Shown piece by piece: positions 46,621 through 56,591 of a stretch of DNA of 64,000 nucleotides. Source of the stretch: an uncultured bacterium. Its GTDB lineage: Bacteria; Abyssobacteria; SURF-5. Location: the NCBI GenBank assembly GCA_964607485.1, contig CAZSKP010000014.1, positions 49,441-113,440 on the forward strand, read 5' to 3'. Position 1 is the stretch's first letter. The number at the start of each line of letters is the position of its first letter. The notes below the pieces were generated by a model. That model made no database searches. It was not told the DNA's origin and saw nothing but the letters and a program-made list of their open reading frames with translations. Position numbers and translations under genes: made by a program.

Positions 46621-47517
46621 ATGACACAGGCGAAGGCAAACGACATTCAATTAGAGTACGACACATTCGGCGACATTTCATCGCCGCCGCTCGTGTTAAT
46701 CATGGGCCTCGGCGTTCAAATGATAATGTGGGACGAGGAGTTCTGCCGGCAGCTTGCTCAGAAAGGGCATTACGTGATCCGGTTCGACAATCGGGACATC
46801 GGCCTTTCAACCAAGTTCGACGACGCCGGAGCGCCGGACGTGATGAAGGCATTGAGCGCCCTGATGCAAGGCAAAAAGGTCGATGCCCCTTACTCGCTGG
46901 ACGATATGGCCGACGACACGGTCGGACTGATGGACGCGCTCGGCATCGACACGGCTCACGTCTGCGGCGCGTCGATGGGAGGGATGATCGCCCAGACCAT
47001 TGCCATCCGCCATCCGGCGCGCGTCAGGAGCCTCACCTCGATAATGTCCACCACGGGCGCCCTCGACCTGCCCCAGCCCAAGCCGGAGATCATGGCCTTC
47101 CTGCTCACACCGCCGCCGCAAGAGCGCGAGGCGAACATAGAACACGGCCTGAAACTGTGGCGAACGATCGGAAGCCCCGGTTTTCCCCCCGATGAGGAGC
47201 GGATACGAAGAATGGCGGCGCTTTCCTACGACCGATGTTTTCATCCTGAAGGCGTCGCCCGACAGATTATGGCAGTCTGGGCGCAAGGCGACAGGACGCC
47301 GGCGCTCAAGTCGGTGACGACGCCCACCCTGGTCATCCACGGAGCCGCCGACCCGCTGCTTCTGGTCGAGTGCGGCGAGGCCACGGCAAGGGCCGTGCCC
47401 GGCTCATCGCTCCTCGTCATCGAGGGCATGGGCCACGACCTCCCCGTCGGCGCCTGGCCGCAAATCATCGATGCAATCGCCGCGCACACAAGCAAAGCGG
47501 GTCAAGCGGTTGCGTGA
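46621..47517 (+). CDS. Alpha/beta hydrolase
   Basis: FDNRDIGLS, GASMGG, HG..DPL, GMGHD; AGGAG RBS before 46621. Confidence 0.9.
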   Translation: MTQAKANDIQLEYDTFGDISSPPLVLIMGLGVQMIMWDEEFCRQLAQKGHYVIRFDNRDIGLSTKFDDAGAPDVMKALSALMQGKKVDAPYSLDDMADDTVGLMDALGIDTAHVCGASMGGMIAQTIAIRHPARVRSLTSIMSTTGALDLPQPKPEIMAFLLTPPPQEREANIEHGLKLWRTIGSPGFPPDEERIRRMAALSYDRCFHPEGVARQIMAVWAQGDRTPALKSVTTPTLVIHGAADPLLLVECGEATARAVPGSSLLVIEGMGHDLPVGAWPQIIDAIAAHTSKAGQAVA

Positions 47518-47558
47518 AGGCGCCGGGCAGCTTCATACGCTGAAGCGAGGCTCAGAGA

Positions 47559-48311
47559 GTGCCGGCTGAAAAATCAGAGGCCATAGTTCTGCACACGTAT
47601 AACCTCACGGAGTCGAGCAAGATAGTCGTGTTGCTCACTCCGCTCAGAGGCAAGGTGCGCGCCGTGGCCAAGGGCGTGAGGCGCACAAAGAGCAAGTTCG
47701 GGAGCGCGCTCGAGCCCATGACCCATGTGGAGGTGCAGGTCCACTTCAAGGAGGGCCGCGACCTCCAGACGCTTTCGCAGGCGGAGACCCGCGAATCTTT
47801 TCCAACCATTCGTTCGGACCTTTCGCGGCTGGGACTGGCCTCGGTGATGTGCGAGCTGATGGAGCAGTTCGTCCAGGAGGGCGAGGAATCCGCCCGATTG
47901 TTCGTGCTCCTGCTCATCTCGCTGAAGACGCTTGCGTGCACGTCGAAAAACTATGAGAGCCTGCTGATTTCCTTCTACATGAAACTTCTCGACATCTCCG
48001 GCCTTCTGCCCGAACTGAGCCAGTGCGTTCGCTGCAAGGGCGGGCTTCGGGAACGCGCCTATCTCGATGCGAGCGCGGGCGGCGCGCTGTGCGGGAAGTG
48101 CAGCGGCGGCGCGGGAGAGAAGGTGTCCGCCGGTTCGCTCACAATAATGCGCCGGCTGTTGTCCTCGGACTGGACCATGCTCGAGCGCATCCGTCTCGGG
48201 GCGGCGTCTGCCGAGGAGATTCTGAGCGCGCTCAACGCGTACATACTCCATCATACCGGCCGCGAGCTCAGGTCGGCCAAGTTCCTCCGCAGCCTGTCGA
48301 AACTGAGGTGA
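47559..48311 (+). CDS. recO: DNA repair protein RecO
   Basis: AIVL, GKV.AVAKGVRR..SKFG.ALEP, C..C / C..C zinc finger. Confidence 0.93.
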   Translation: MPAEKSEAIVLHTYNLTESSKIVVLLTPLRGKVRAVAKGVRRTKSKFGSALEPMTHVEVQVHFKEGRDLQTLSQAETRESFPTIRSDLSRLGLASVMCELMEQFVQEGEESARLFVLLLISLKTLACTSKNYESLLISFYMKLLDISGLLPELSQCVRCKGGLRERAYLDASAGGALCGKCSGGAGEKVSAGSLTIMRRLLSSDWTMLERIRLGAASAEEILSALNAYILHHTGRELRSAKFLRSLSKLR

Positions 48312-48451
48312 CGGAGCGCGCCGGGGCCGCTTGCAAAAATCAGCGGACTGTGTTATATAAAGCTATCAACTATTCACAGCATAACGGTCCTTAGGATCGG
48401 CCAAACCCACACCTTAGCGTCGGGCCTGCCCGTTTTCACGGAGAAGTCCAC

Positions 48452-49534
48452 TTGGCAGAAGTTGACAGAATACTTGCCGAAGCCGTCAAGCTAGGGGCAT
48501 CGGACATACACCTTTGTGCCAACACGGTTCCCATGATTCGCCTCTGGGGCGAGATAAAGCCCTTGCCCGCCCACTCGGAGGTGCCGGCGGAGGAAAACAA
48601 GCGGCGTCTGTTCGAGATACTCACGACCAGACAGATTGAGGACCTGGGCCGAAACCTCGCCATAGACATCTCGTACGTCGTGGAAAAGCTCGGGCGGTTC
48701 AGGGTCAACATTCATCACGAGGATAGAGGCATCTCCGGCTCGTTCCGGGTGGTTCCTTCGAAGATAAGAACGGTGGAAGAGCTGAGCCTGCCCGAGGCGG
48801 CGAAGAATCTCACGCGGCTTCATCAGGGGCTTGTGCTCGTGACAGGTCCGTCGGGCTGCGGCAAGTCCACAACGCTGGCCGCATTGATCGACCTGATTAA
48901 CAGGGAATCCCGCCGTCACATCATTTGCATCGAGGACCCGGTCGAATTCGTGCACAGGAGCGGCCTGTCCCACATCGACCAGCGCGAGGTGGGGGTGCAT
49001 ACGCGCAGCTTCACCACCGCGTTGAGGGCGGCCTTGCGCGAGGACCCCGACGTGATTCTCGTGGGCGAGATGCGCGACCTGGAGACCATCGCGATGGCGA
49101 TAACCGCCTCCGAGACGGGGCACCTCGTGTTCAGCACCCTCCACACCCGCAACGCGGCGAAAACGATCGAGCGGATAATAAACGTGTTTCCCCCCGACCA
49201 GATTGCGCAGATACGCACGATGCTGGCGGAATCGCTGGCCGGAGTCATCTCGCAACAGCTCATCCGAAATTCAAGGGGCACGGGCCGCGTGCTGGCTCTG
49301 GAGATCCTGCTGCGCACGACGGCGCTCGCCACACTCATACGCGAAGGCAACACGTATCGCATTCCTTCGCTCATGCAGACCGGCAAGAGATACGGGATGA
49401 TGCTCATGGACGACCACATTGCGTCTCTTTACAAGAGCGGCCTCATCGACCCGAAGCACGCTCTCGAGAAGGTGATCGACCGTGAGGAGTTCTTAAGCCT
49501 GATGGGGGGCAAGACAAGCCCTGCCAAAACCTAG
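48452..49534 (+). CDS. pilT: Type IV pilus retraction ATPase PilT/PilU family
   Basis: ASDIHL, GPSGCGKST, EDPVE, LREDPDVILVGEMRD, TGHLVFSTLHT. Confidence 0.88.
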   Translation: MAEVDRILAEAVKLGASDIHLCANTVPMIRLWGEIKPLPAHSEVPAEENKRRLFEILTTRQIEDLGRNLAIDISYVVEKLGRFRVNIHHEDRGISGSFRVVPSKIRTVEELSLPEAAKNLTRLHQGLVLVTGPSGCGKSTTLAALIDLINRESRRHIICIEDPVEFVHRSGLSHIDQREVGVHTRSFTTALRAALREDPDVILVGEMRDLETIAMAITASETGHLVFSTLHTRNAAKTIERIINVFPPDQIAQIRTMLAESLAGVISQQLIRNSRGTGRVLALEILLRTTALATLIREGNTYRIPSLMQTGKRYGMMLMDDHIASLYKSGLIDPKHALEKVIDREEFLSLMGGKTSPAKT

Positions 49535-49555
49535 AACGACTTTTCGGGAGGCTCT

Positions 49556-50614
49556 TTGCCCGCGGAGATCGACAGATTCCTGAGGTTCCTGGTCAAACAC
49601 GACGGCTCCGACCTGATGCTTGCCTCGGGCTCGAAGCCGATGGCGCGCGTGCACGGCGACTTGTTCGCGCTCGATTTCGGACAAGACAGCTCGGTGCTCA
49701 CTACCGACAACACCCGTAACCTCATCTACGAGATACTCACCGACGAACAGATACGACGCTTCGAGCGTTCGGGCGACCTGGATTTCGCCTACGAAGTGCC
49801 TGACTGCGCACGTTTCAGATGCAACGCGTACAAACAGACGAAGGGCGTGGGCATCGTCCTGCGGACCATCCCGACCAAGATCAAGACCATCGAGGAGCTC
49901 GGTCTGCCTTCGGGAGTGAAGCAGCTTGCCCGCTCCACGCGAGGGTTCATCCTCGTCACGGGACCGACCGGAAGCGGGAAGACGACCACGCTGGCCGCAA
50001 TGATAGACCTCATAAACCATGAGCGCCGCACCCACATAGTCACGATCGAGGAACCGATCGAGTATGTTCACAAGAATATCCGATCCCTGATAACACAGCG
50101 CGAGGTGGGACCGCACACGCATAGTTTCAAGGCGGCTTTGCGGGGAGCCGTCAGGCAGGACCCCGACATCATACTCGTCGGCGAGATGCGCGACCTCGAC
50201 ACCATCTCGATGGCGCTGACGACGGCCGAGATGGGCGCGCTCGTGTTCGGAACGCTTCACACGACGAGCGCCGCAAAGACAGTCAACAGGATCATCGACG
50301 TGTTCCCGTTCGAAGAGCGCAACCGCATCCGCGCCCTGCTTGCCGAGGCCCTCACGGGCGTGGTGGCGCAGCAGCTTGTCAGGAGGGCGGACAAGAAGGG
50401 CCGCGTCGCCGTGGCGGAAATATTGATAGGCACATCCGCAATTTCGAACACGATCAGGGAGGGAAAAATTGAGCAGATGGTCTCGCTCATGGAGACCGGG
50501 AAGAAATACGGAATGCAGATGTTAGACGAGCACCTGACGCAGCTCGTTCAAAAGATGGTCATCACCCCCTCCTCCGCGCGCAAGGTCGCAACCAACAAGA
50601 GCCTGTTCCGCTAA
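49556..50614 (+). CDS. pilT: Second PilT/PilU family ATPase
   Basis: GPTGSGKTT, EEPIE, RQDPDIILVGEMRD, GTLHT. Confidence 0.85.
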   Translation: MPAEIDRFLRFLVKHDGSDLMLASGSKPMARVHGDLFALDFGQDSSVLTTDNTRNLIYEILTDEQIRRFERSGDLDFAYEVPDCARFRCNAYKQTKGVGIVLRTIPTKIKTIEELGLPSGVKQLARSTRGFILVTGPTGSGKTTTLAAMIDLINHERRTHIVTIEEPIEYVHKNIRSLITQREVGPHTHSFKAALRGAVRQDPDIILVGEMRDLDTISMALTTAEMGALVFGTLHTTSAAKTVNRIIDVFPFEERNRIRALLAEALTGVVAQQLVRRADKKGRVAVAEILIGTSAISNTIREGKIEQMVSLMETGKKYGMQMLDEHLTQLVQKMVITPSSARKVATNKSLFR

Positions 50615-50910
50615 TGGTCGCGCGAGAAGCGGATGTGGTCAAACGCGGGCGGCTTCTCGCGCTCGCGTTCGTTCTTGCTCACTCTGAGTTCCATGGAGAC
50701 ATCGTTGAAATCAAAGTCCTCGGGCAGCGTCTCTGTCTCCTCCACCTGCTCCTTGGGAATCGAGATGGCCATTGGGTCCAAAATGTACGTCTCCTCGTCC
50801 TCACAGTAGTTCATCACTCTGCCGATTATGACCATTTTTGCCTGGCTGCCGCGCCCGGAGTCGCCCCCCCCGGAGAGGCGCATCTTCACCAAATCGCCCT
50901 TCGATATCAT
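50611..50910 (-). CDS. Small acidic hypothetical protein
   Basis: GAGGAG RBS, upstream consensus promoter, host-like codon usage. Confidence 0.7.
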   Translation of the reverse strand: MISKGDLVKMRLSGGGDSGRGSQAKMVIIGRVMNYCEDEETYILDPMAISIPKEQVEETETLPEDFDFNDVSMELRVSKNEREREKPPAFDHIRFSRDH

Positions 50911-50951
50911 GTCTCACTCCTCTTAATTTCCGTTGCTCACAATGCAAGCAG

Positions 50952-50981
50952 ATTATAGGACGCGCGAGACGGTTGTGTCAA
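50952..50981 (-). promoter_or_regulatory. Sigma-70 promoter
   Basis: TTGACA-N18-TATAAT on the minus strand. Confidence 0.7.
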
Positions 50982-51085
50982 TCGCGCAACAAAACACGAG
51001 ATTCCCCGAGTATGTTGGCCGACACCTACCCACTCCAAAAACTCTTCAAACCGAAGAGGTTCTTGCCATAAGATGGGACATGTGC

Positions 51086-51757
51086 TTAACAGAATAGGAG
51101 GAGGGAATGATAGATAGTAATTGGCCTACCGAGCTGAGGCCGATTATGCCTCGAACAATAACAATGGTCACAATTTGGAACGATTCTTACGGATATCCAC
51201 CCGCCTCCATAGCAGACGTTTAAGTTCTCATCATTATCGTCGAACCGCTGCTTGATCTTGTCTTGCCAATATTCTTGTGTATGAGACTGCACATAGCCCA
51301 GCATGCCCGCTTCGCTCGCATTGCGAGCATATCTACCGTCAAGAAAACATCCAAGGCCGTCATTCCCAAGATACTGGGTAACACCCCTTCTGTTTGCAGA
51401 AAGGCGTTTAGCTTCAAATTCGTATCGTGGACGAGGACCACGGCGAACAAGCTCAAATTGAATGTCTACCCTAGGCCTTTGTTTGCCATGTTGGCCAGGT
51501 ATATTAAGCGGGGGATCTTCGTGAAGTGTGTAATGCGTTTTCCAATCAGGTGGTGAAGGATCCTCCAGAATCTTTCTTATTGCTTTCACTAACTCTTCGG
51601 TGATAACGGTCTCCTCCGAGCTATTATGCACTTTATGGTTTATGCAATCGTATCCCATCTTAAGCAGGGAAAACACATGAACTCTGAAGCTGGTTTTGTA
51701 GTGTTCTGACAGTTCTGGAGAGGGAACATCTTTATGAATGTGATCGCCTATGGCCAT
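51086..51757 (-). CDS. Putative PD-(D/E)xK nuclease
   Basis: E...RVDI....FEAKRL catalytic-like pattern; abuts the methyltransferase gene. Confidence 0.65.
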   Translation of the reverse strand: MAIGDHIHKDVPSPELSEHYKTSFRVHVFSLLKMGYDCINHKVHNSSEETVITEELVKAIRKILEDPSPPDWKTHYTLHEDPPLNIPGQHGKQRPRVDIQFELVRRGPRPRYEFEAKRLSANRRGVTQYLGNDGLGCFLDGRYARNASEAGMLGYVQSHTQEYWQDKIKQRFDDNDENLNVCYGGGWISVRIVPNCDHCYCSRHNRPQLGRPITIYHSLLLFC

Positions 51758-54700
51758 TTATGTGTTGCTATCCACAGATGTTGCCAGCATGTCTGCTATA
51801 TATTCATCTGCATCAACGAGAGCTTGGCTCCTAAGCCAATGAAGCTTTTCCCTGGGTTTAAATAGATATGTGAACCGACCGTCAGCGTCATAGACCCTCA
51901 GGCTTTTGTTAAAATAGAGCCACTGACCTCGCCCCTCCAGTACTTTTTCTCGATTATTCCTGTTCCACTCATCAACCTTTTCAACTCTAACTGGGATTTC
52001 CGAGATACTTTGAGAAAGCGTTATCTTTACAACTGCCTCCATATTAGAGTAAAAAATCTCTATAGAATGTCTATCTATTGTTTGACCGCCAAGGAACAAT
52101 TCTAGTTCACTTCTCAATACTCTCCCATATTCAAACATTTCCTTCTTGCTGGCAGGTGACAACAATTCGTTGGGAATTCTTCCTTCATTCAACTTGCTTC
52201 GAGCACGAAGCAAGTCATGGATGAGCCAACGCTCTGTGTGTTTCAGCCCGAGCACGTCATATACCTGTCTGTTCAGTGATTCGAGCAGGCAGTCTGTTGG
52301 AGTGCTAGAAGAAGAGGCTGATTCAAATAAGAATCCTTCTCCTTTATCTGATCTTTGTTGCATTTTTGCAAGCTCGTCGTACAATCCTGCCCATTTTGCA
52401 ATTTCGTCTGGTGTCAGCTTGTCAATTGGAACTGGAATCTTTTCAAGGTCTTTCTTCCGAGGATTGTCACGTTCGATTCCCAATACAGTGAGAAGGAATT
52501 GGTGATAATACGCAAAATCTGAACTTAGGTATAGAGCAAGGGCTTTCAGCAGATCAATTTGTGCGGGATCGCCAGCAATCCCAACCTTCCGGGGAGGAAC
52601 CAATATGAATTCGTTGGAGAACACCGCGAACCTTCTCGATTCATCAACGATTACATGCGGAGGTTTGCATATTCTTAGCGCCTTCTCGCCACGACCTTTT
52701 CGCGCGTAATGTAATGACATATCAATGGTTTCCAAAGCCTGATCTGGGAATCTGAAGATCTTTCCCAGCCCCCTAAGCTTTGTCATATTAAGCTTAAGCG
52801 CATTCTTTCTTCTTATGGCTTGCGGGAAAGGCTCAAGCTTTTCGAACAGAGATTCGGGATCATCCCTATTCTCCCCAAGCTCATGGTCGAGTTGCTTGGG
52901 CGATCTTAATTTGCGTAGTTGCGGGCCCTCGCGAATCTCCAATTGATGCTTTTCTCCAAAACTCTGCAACGAAGGGAACCGCGCATCGAGGGATATCAGA
53001 AGATGCCTATCTCGTGGAGAACCCCACATGGCAATCTTCCAAGGAGCCTGACTGCCTGTCTTGGCATCAGCAACCGGAATTTCCCTGATTTCGTCGGCGC
53101 TTATGCTGATAGCCCATGTTGTTCTATTGCCTTTGGAACTGCGACTTGTCAGTTGGTTAATGGCAAACGGTGCGTAGGTCAAGATGGTTTCTGTACGGGA
53201 GCTGTTGTCGAGTTTCGGTAGTGAGTAAAAGAAAACTGAGGCGGGACTGATAGCATCCTTGAATAGAACATGCCGAAGATTGGCGAAGTTCACGACACAC
53301 CATACACTCATTCTTTTAAAAAACTCACGCCGGAACGATTCGCCTCTGGTTTTAATAAGCGTTGTGGCAGGCATTAGAAGACCAATTATGCCCTTCTCGG
53401 AAACATATTTTGTGACCTCCCAGGCGAAAGCCTCGGCAATTTGATTATACGAGACCGGAAAAGATTTTTTATTTTTCCTAATCCAATTGAGTGCGGTCTT
53501 GTCAGCCTTTCCCGTTCTATTAGATTCCAAGTTTTCCAAGCTGAGTTCTTTCCAAGGTGGATTACCCACAATCCAGTCGAATCCACTTTTCGGCTTCTCT
53601 TTTTCCCATTCAGGACCAGGCGCAAAAAATCCCTCCTCGCAGTGGAAAACGTTCTTATTTCTTAGCACCGGAAGTCTAAAGGTGTAATAGCCACGCTTTT
53701 CCAAATCAGGAGGCTTGACATAATCCAGCAAACTCATAGTAAGACTAAGTTCTGTAATACCACAGGCGTCTGCGTCAACGTCCATTCCATAAATATGATT
53801 TGTAAGTAGTTCACGCAATTCTGTGGGCTGGAGATAATTATTCGTTGCGGACCTGAGTTCGCGCTCCACGAGTCTGCGATAACATTGCACGAGAAAGGCG
53901 CCGGAACCACATGCAGCGTCGAACACCTTCATCCCTCTTTCAAGAGGCTTTTTGCTATCGAGTTCGTCGAGAATGAGGTTCACTAGGTGAAGTGGCGTAT
54001 AGTAAGCGCCGGACCTTCGACCCGTACCTTCAGCATGCAAGAACTGCTGGTAAACAACTGATAACGTCTCAATTGGGATATGCGCGAAATCATAGGCCTT
54101 GAAGTCCAAATGCATTTGACCGGAAGCTGGATCATCACCCTTGAATGCGGATGCAACTTTCCGAATATGGTCAATGGTTGGAGCGTCTTTCCCTTCAAGA
54201 GAAACAGGAAAAATCGAGCCATTCAACCAATCATTGAGTTCCTTTAAAATCTGCCGAAGTCCCTTTTTTGTGGCATTGCGGCCAAATACGGAATCTGGAT
54301 GGATATGCCATTTATTCAACTTTTCATCAGAAAGAATATCTCTGTCTCTTAAATAATGAAGATAGACATATTGGCCAATGAGCGAATGCGCGATGTTTCG
54401 TACTAAATTATCTTTCAGCAGACAAGAGCCAAGCTGATTGAGATTGCGAAGGAGGGTCCAGTCCACCCTGCCCTGTGGATCAAGTCTGTGACCCCATTGG
54501 GGCCAGATTTCACCATTATCAATTGACTCGGCCTTGAATGCTCCGAACTTCTCTAATACATCATCTGCACTCTTTTCGGCTGTACAAATCGCCTGATCTC
54601 TGTCATTGAAATACATTTTCGGATCGAATTTGAAGCCCAAGTAAAGCCGTATCGATCTCTGGGTCAAAACGAAAAGGAAAGGCACAATATTTTGGTTCCA

Positions 54701-54952
54701 TACTAGCCGGTGGATTTCCCTGGCATCTTTCTCAGTGTCAGCTTTACATACATATACCAAAGGAATGAGAGATTGGCTGGATGATTCTCCGCCCAACTTC
54801 TCCCGCAAAGTGTAAACTCCCTCCAAACTGCAGTCACGCATCGCACGGGAGAAGATAAACGAATATGCGGGATAGTCGCGGAGTTGGGTATCTCTCAGAA
54901 AAGCAGGAGAGTCTTCGTACTCGAGGGTGGAAAGAAGGCCGTCTATATCCAT
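51758..54952 (-). CDS. Large N6-adenine DNA methyltransferase (type IIG/Eco57I-like architecture)
   Basis: LSVVYQQFL, GAYYTP, DAACGSGAFL, IYGMD, IVGNPPW; long C-terminal TRD-like region. Confidence 0.92.
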   Translation of the reverse strand: MDIDGLLSTLEYEDSPAFLRDTQLRDYPAYSFIFSRAMRDCSLEGVYTLREKLGGESSSQSLIPLVYVCKADTEKDAREIHRLVWNQNIVPFLFVLTQRSIRLYLGFKFDPKMYFNDRDQAICTAEKSADDVLEKFGAFKAESIDNGEIWPQWGHRLDPQGRVDWTLLRNLNQLGSCLLKDNLVRNIAHSLIGQYVYLHYLRDRDILSDEKLNKWHIHPDSVFGRNATKKGLRQILKELNDWLNGSIFPVSLEGKDAPTIDHIRKVASAFKGDDPASGQMHLDFKAYDFAHIPIETLSVVYQQFLHAEGTGRRSGAYYTPLHLVNLILDELDSKKPLERGMKVFDAACGSGAFLVQCYRRLVERELRSATNNYLQPTELRELLTNHIYGMDVDADACGITELSLTMSLLDYVKPPDLEKRGYYTFRLPVLRNKNVFHCEEGFFAPGPEWEKEKPKSGFDWIVGNPPWKELSLENLESNRTGKADKTALNWIRKNKKSFPVSYNQIAEAFAWEVTKYVSEKGIIGLLMPATTLIKTRGESFRREFFKRMSVWCVVNFANLRHVLFKDAISPASVFFYSLPKLDNSSRTETILTYAPFAINQLTSRSSKGNRTTWAISISADEIREIPVADAKTGSQAPWKIAMWGSPRDRHLLISLDARFPSLQSFGEKHQLEIREGPQLRKLRSPKQLDHELGENRDDPESLFEKLEPFPQAIRRKNALKLNMTKLRGLGKIFRFPDQALETIDMSLHYARKGRGEKALRICKPPHVIVDESRRFAVFSNEFILVPPRKVGIAGDPAQIDLLKALALYLSSDFAYYHQFLLTVLGIERDNPRKKDLEKIPVPIDKLTPDEIAKWAGLYDELAKMQQRSDKGEGFLFESASSSSTPTDCLLESLNRQVYDVLGLKHTERWLIHDLLRARSKLNEGRIPNELLSPASKKEMFEYGRVLRSELELFLGGQTIDRHSIEIFYSNMEAVVKITLSQSISEIPVRVEKVDEWNRNNREKVLEGRGQWLYFNKSLRVYDADGRFTYLFKPREKLHWLRSQALVDADEYIADMLATSVDSNT

Positions 54953-54976
54953 TTAGAAGCGTGCCTTTTTGTTTGC

Positions 54977-55005
54977 ATTATACAACGGTCAAAACAATTT
55001 TTCAA
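54977..55005 (-). promoter_or_regulatory. Sigma-70 promoter of the methyltransferase cassette
   Basis: TTGAAA-N17-TATAAT on the minus strand. Confidence 0.6.
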
Positions 55006-55061
55006 CTATTGCCTGGCCACAGACAGGAGAGAGGAGAAAGGATCGGCTGAAAGTGTTTCCT

Positions 55062-56591
55062 CTACCTCGGGTGGCGAAGGTGCATGCGGGTGAGCACGTC
55101 CCAGAGCTGTTCGGCCACGCGGCCCTCCGAGTAGGTGGAGGCGACCACTTCCCGGTTTCTCTCGATGAGCGCGCTGCTCTTGCCGGGCGTGAGGAAGGAG
55201 ACCATCCCGCCGATGGTGTACTCGTTGGCCTCTATCAGCTTCCTTACGTACGAGACGTTCTTGAGCTTCAGAATCTCCTGGAGGCGCCTTCCCAGCCCGA
55301 TGTTCTCCCTGTCCTGGTACCCGATGGAATGGTAGTCCTGGCCGTCGATTCTCAGGACGTTGTACATGTGGTCGAGGTTCACGCCCGCTCGTTGGAAGTC
55401 ATGCGTGATAGTGGAAATGTTTCTGCCGATGACCGCCTTGCCGAGGAACCACGGCTCGATGAACGCGAAGCCGAACCCCTCGAGATAGCTGGTGGTGACG
55501 ACGATGTCGGCCATGTTGAACGCGTCGCCGAGCGCGAATCTTACGATCTCCATCTTCCTCGGGTCTATTTCCCGCTCGAACGAGACGATGTTCTGGAGGC
55601 CTATCGTCACGGGCAGCTTGTGTTTCTCGCAGAACGCTTCGATTTTCTTCGCATACGCGAGGTCCTCGCCCGCGTCGGGCATGACTCCGACGAACAGGTG
55701 AAACTTTCCCTCGAGCGGCATCCCCTGCACCTTTATCTTCTTCTGGGAGATCGTGTTGAACAGGCAGGTGAGGAACACGGCCTCTTCGACGTTCTTCCTC
55801 TTCACGCACCGGACCGGATAGAGAACGAATCTCACGTTGGGGTCCAGTCCCTTCTCGTCGATGATGCGCTTGCGCAGGTTCTTGTGCTCGTCGTCGTCGA
55901 TGATGAGGCTCCCGTTGATGCAGTTGGGCACGTAGGCGATCCGGTCGCGGTCGATTCCGTGCTCGATCAGGCGGGAGATGTCGTGAGTGTTTATCGTTAT
56001 ATACCCCAGGTTCGGATAGTTGGGATATATGACCTCGTGCCAGTTGGGGATAAGGGGAATCTCGGTGTCCTGGAACTTCTTGAGGTTCTCGAAATTCTTG
56101 GCGCGCTGCTGGAGAAAATCGTGGGCCCGGTAGAAGATGCGTTTCCGGGGGTGATGATGATGACAGTACTGAAGATAGAGGTAGAAGGCGTACGTCACCG
56201 CGGGGTTTATCCCTATTCCCAGGTTCTCGGCCAGCACGACGTCCACAGTCCTGAGCTTCTGAGCCAGTATTTCCATGATGTTCGTGCCGTGCCAGATGTA
56301 GTCCTGTATCTTCTGCTGGCTTGGGGTTTTTCGAGCGAGGCCGGGAATCTCGTAGTCGGGGTCGAACTCATCGATGTTAATATAATCGATTTTGCCGGGG
56401 ATCGACTTCACGAACTTGTCCGGGTCGCTCGCCAGCTTCCCGAAGAGGGTGATTCTCGTCTCGGGATGTATCGCGAGCAGACTCTCGACATTGCGCATGA
56501 TGACGACGTTGACGCCGTCGCGCTTGCCGATCCAGAAGTGAGCTATGCCGAGGTGAAGCGGCTTCTTCCTGTTTTTCGTCGTGGCGATCAT
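55062..56591 (-). CDS. GT-B (GT4-like) glycosyltransferase
   Basis: DGVNVV, HDF, PVRCVKRKNVEEA, TTSYLEGFGFAFIEPW; ATGA overlap with the upstream gene. Confidence 0.85.
   Translation of the reverse strand: MIATTKNRKKPLHLGIAHFWIGKRDGVNVVIMRNVESLLAIHPETRITLFGKLASDPDKFVKSIPGKIDYINIDEFDPDYEIPGLARKTPSQQKIQDYIWHGTNIMEILAQKLRTVDVVLAENLGIGINPAVTYAFYLYLQYCHHHHPRKRIFYRAHDFLQQRAKNFENLKKFQDTEIPLIPNWHEVIYPNYPNLGYITINTHDISRLIEHGIDRDRIAYVPNCINGSLIIDDDEHKNLRKRIIDEKGLDPNVRFVLYPVRCVKRKNVEEAVFLTCLFNTISQKKIKVQGMPLEGKFHLFVGVMPDAGEDLAYAKKIEAFCEKHKLPVTIGLQNIVSFEREIDPRKMEIVRFALGDAFNMADIVVTTSYLEGFGFAFIEPWFLGKAVIGRNISTITHDFQRAGVNLDHMYNVLRIDGQDYHSIGYQDRENIGLGRRLQEILKLKNVSYVRKLIEANEYTIGGMVSFLTPGKSSALIERNREVVASTYSEGRVAEQLWDVLTRMHLRHPR

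Noticed and set aside
45263-46681. Long antisense ORFs here and at 17189-18166, 22812-23831, 38989-40194, 54969-56636, 57848-59161
   Set aside because: Codon-bias shadows opposite well-supported genes, with no recognisable motifs.
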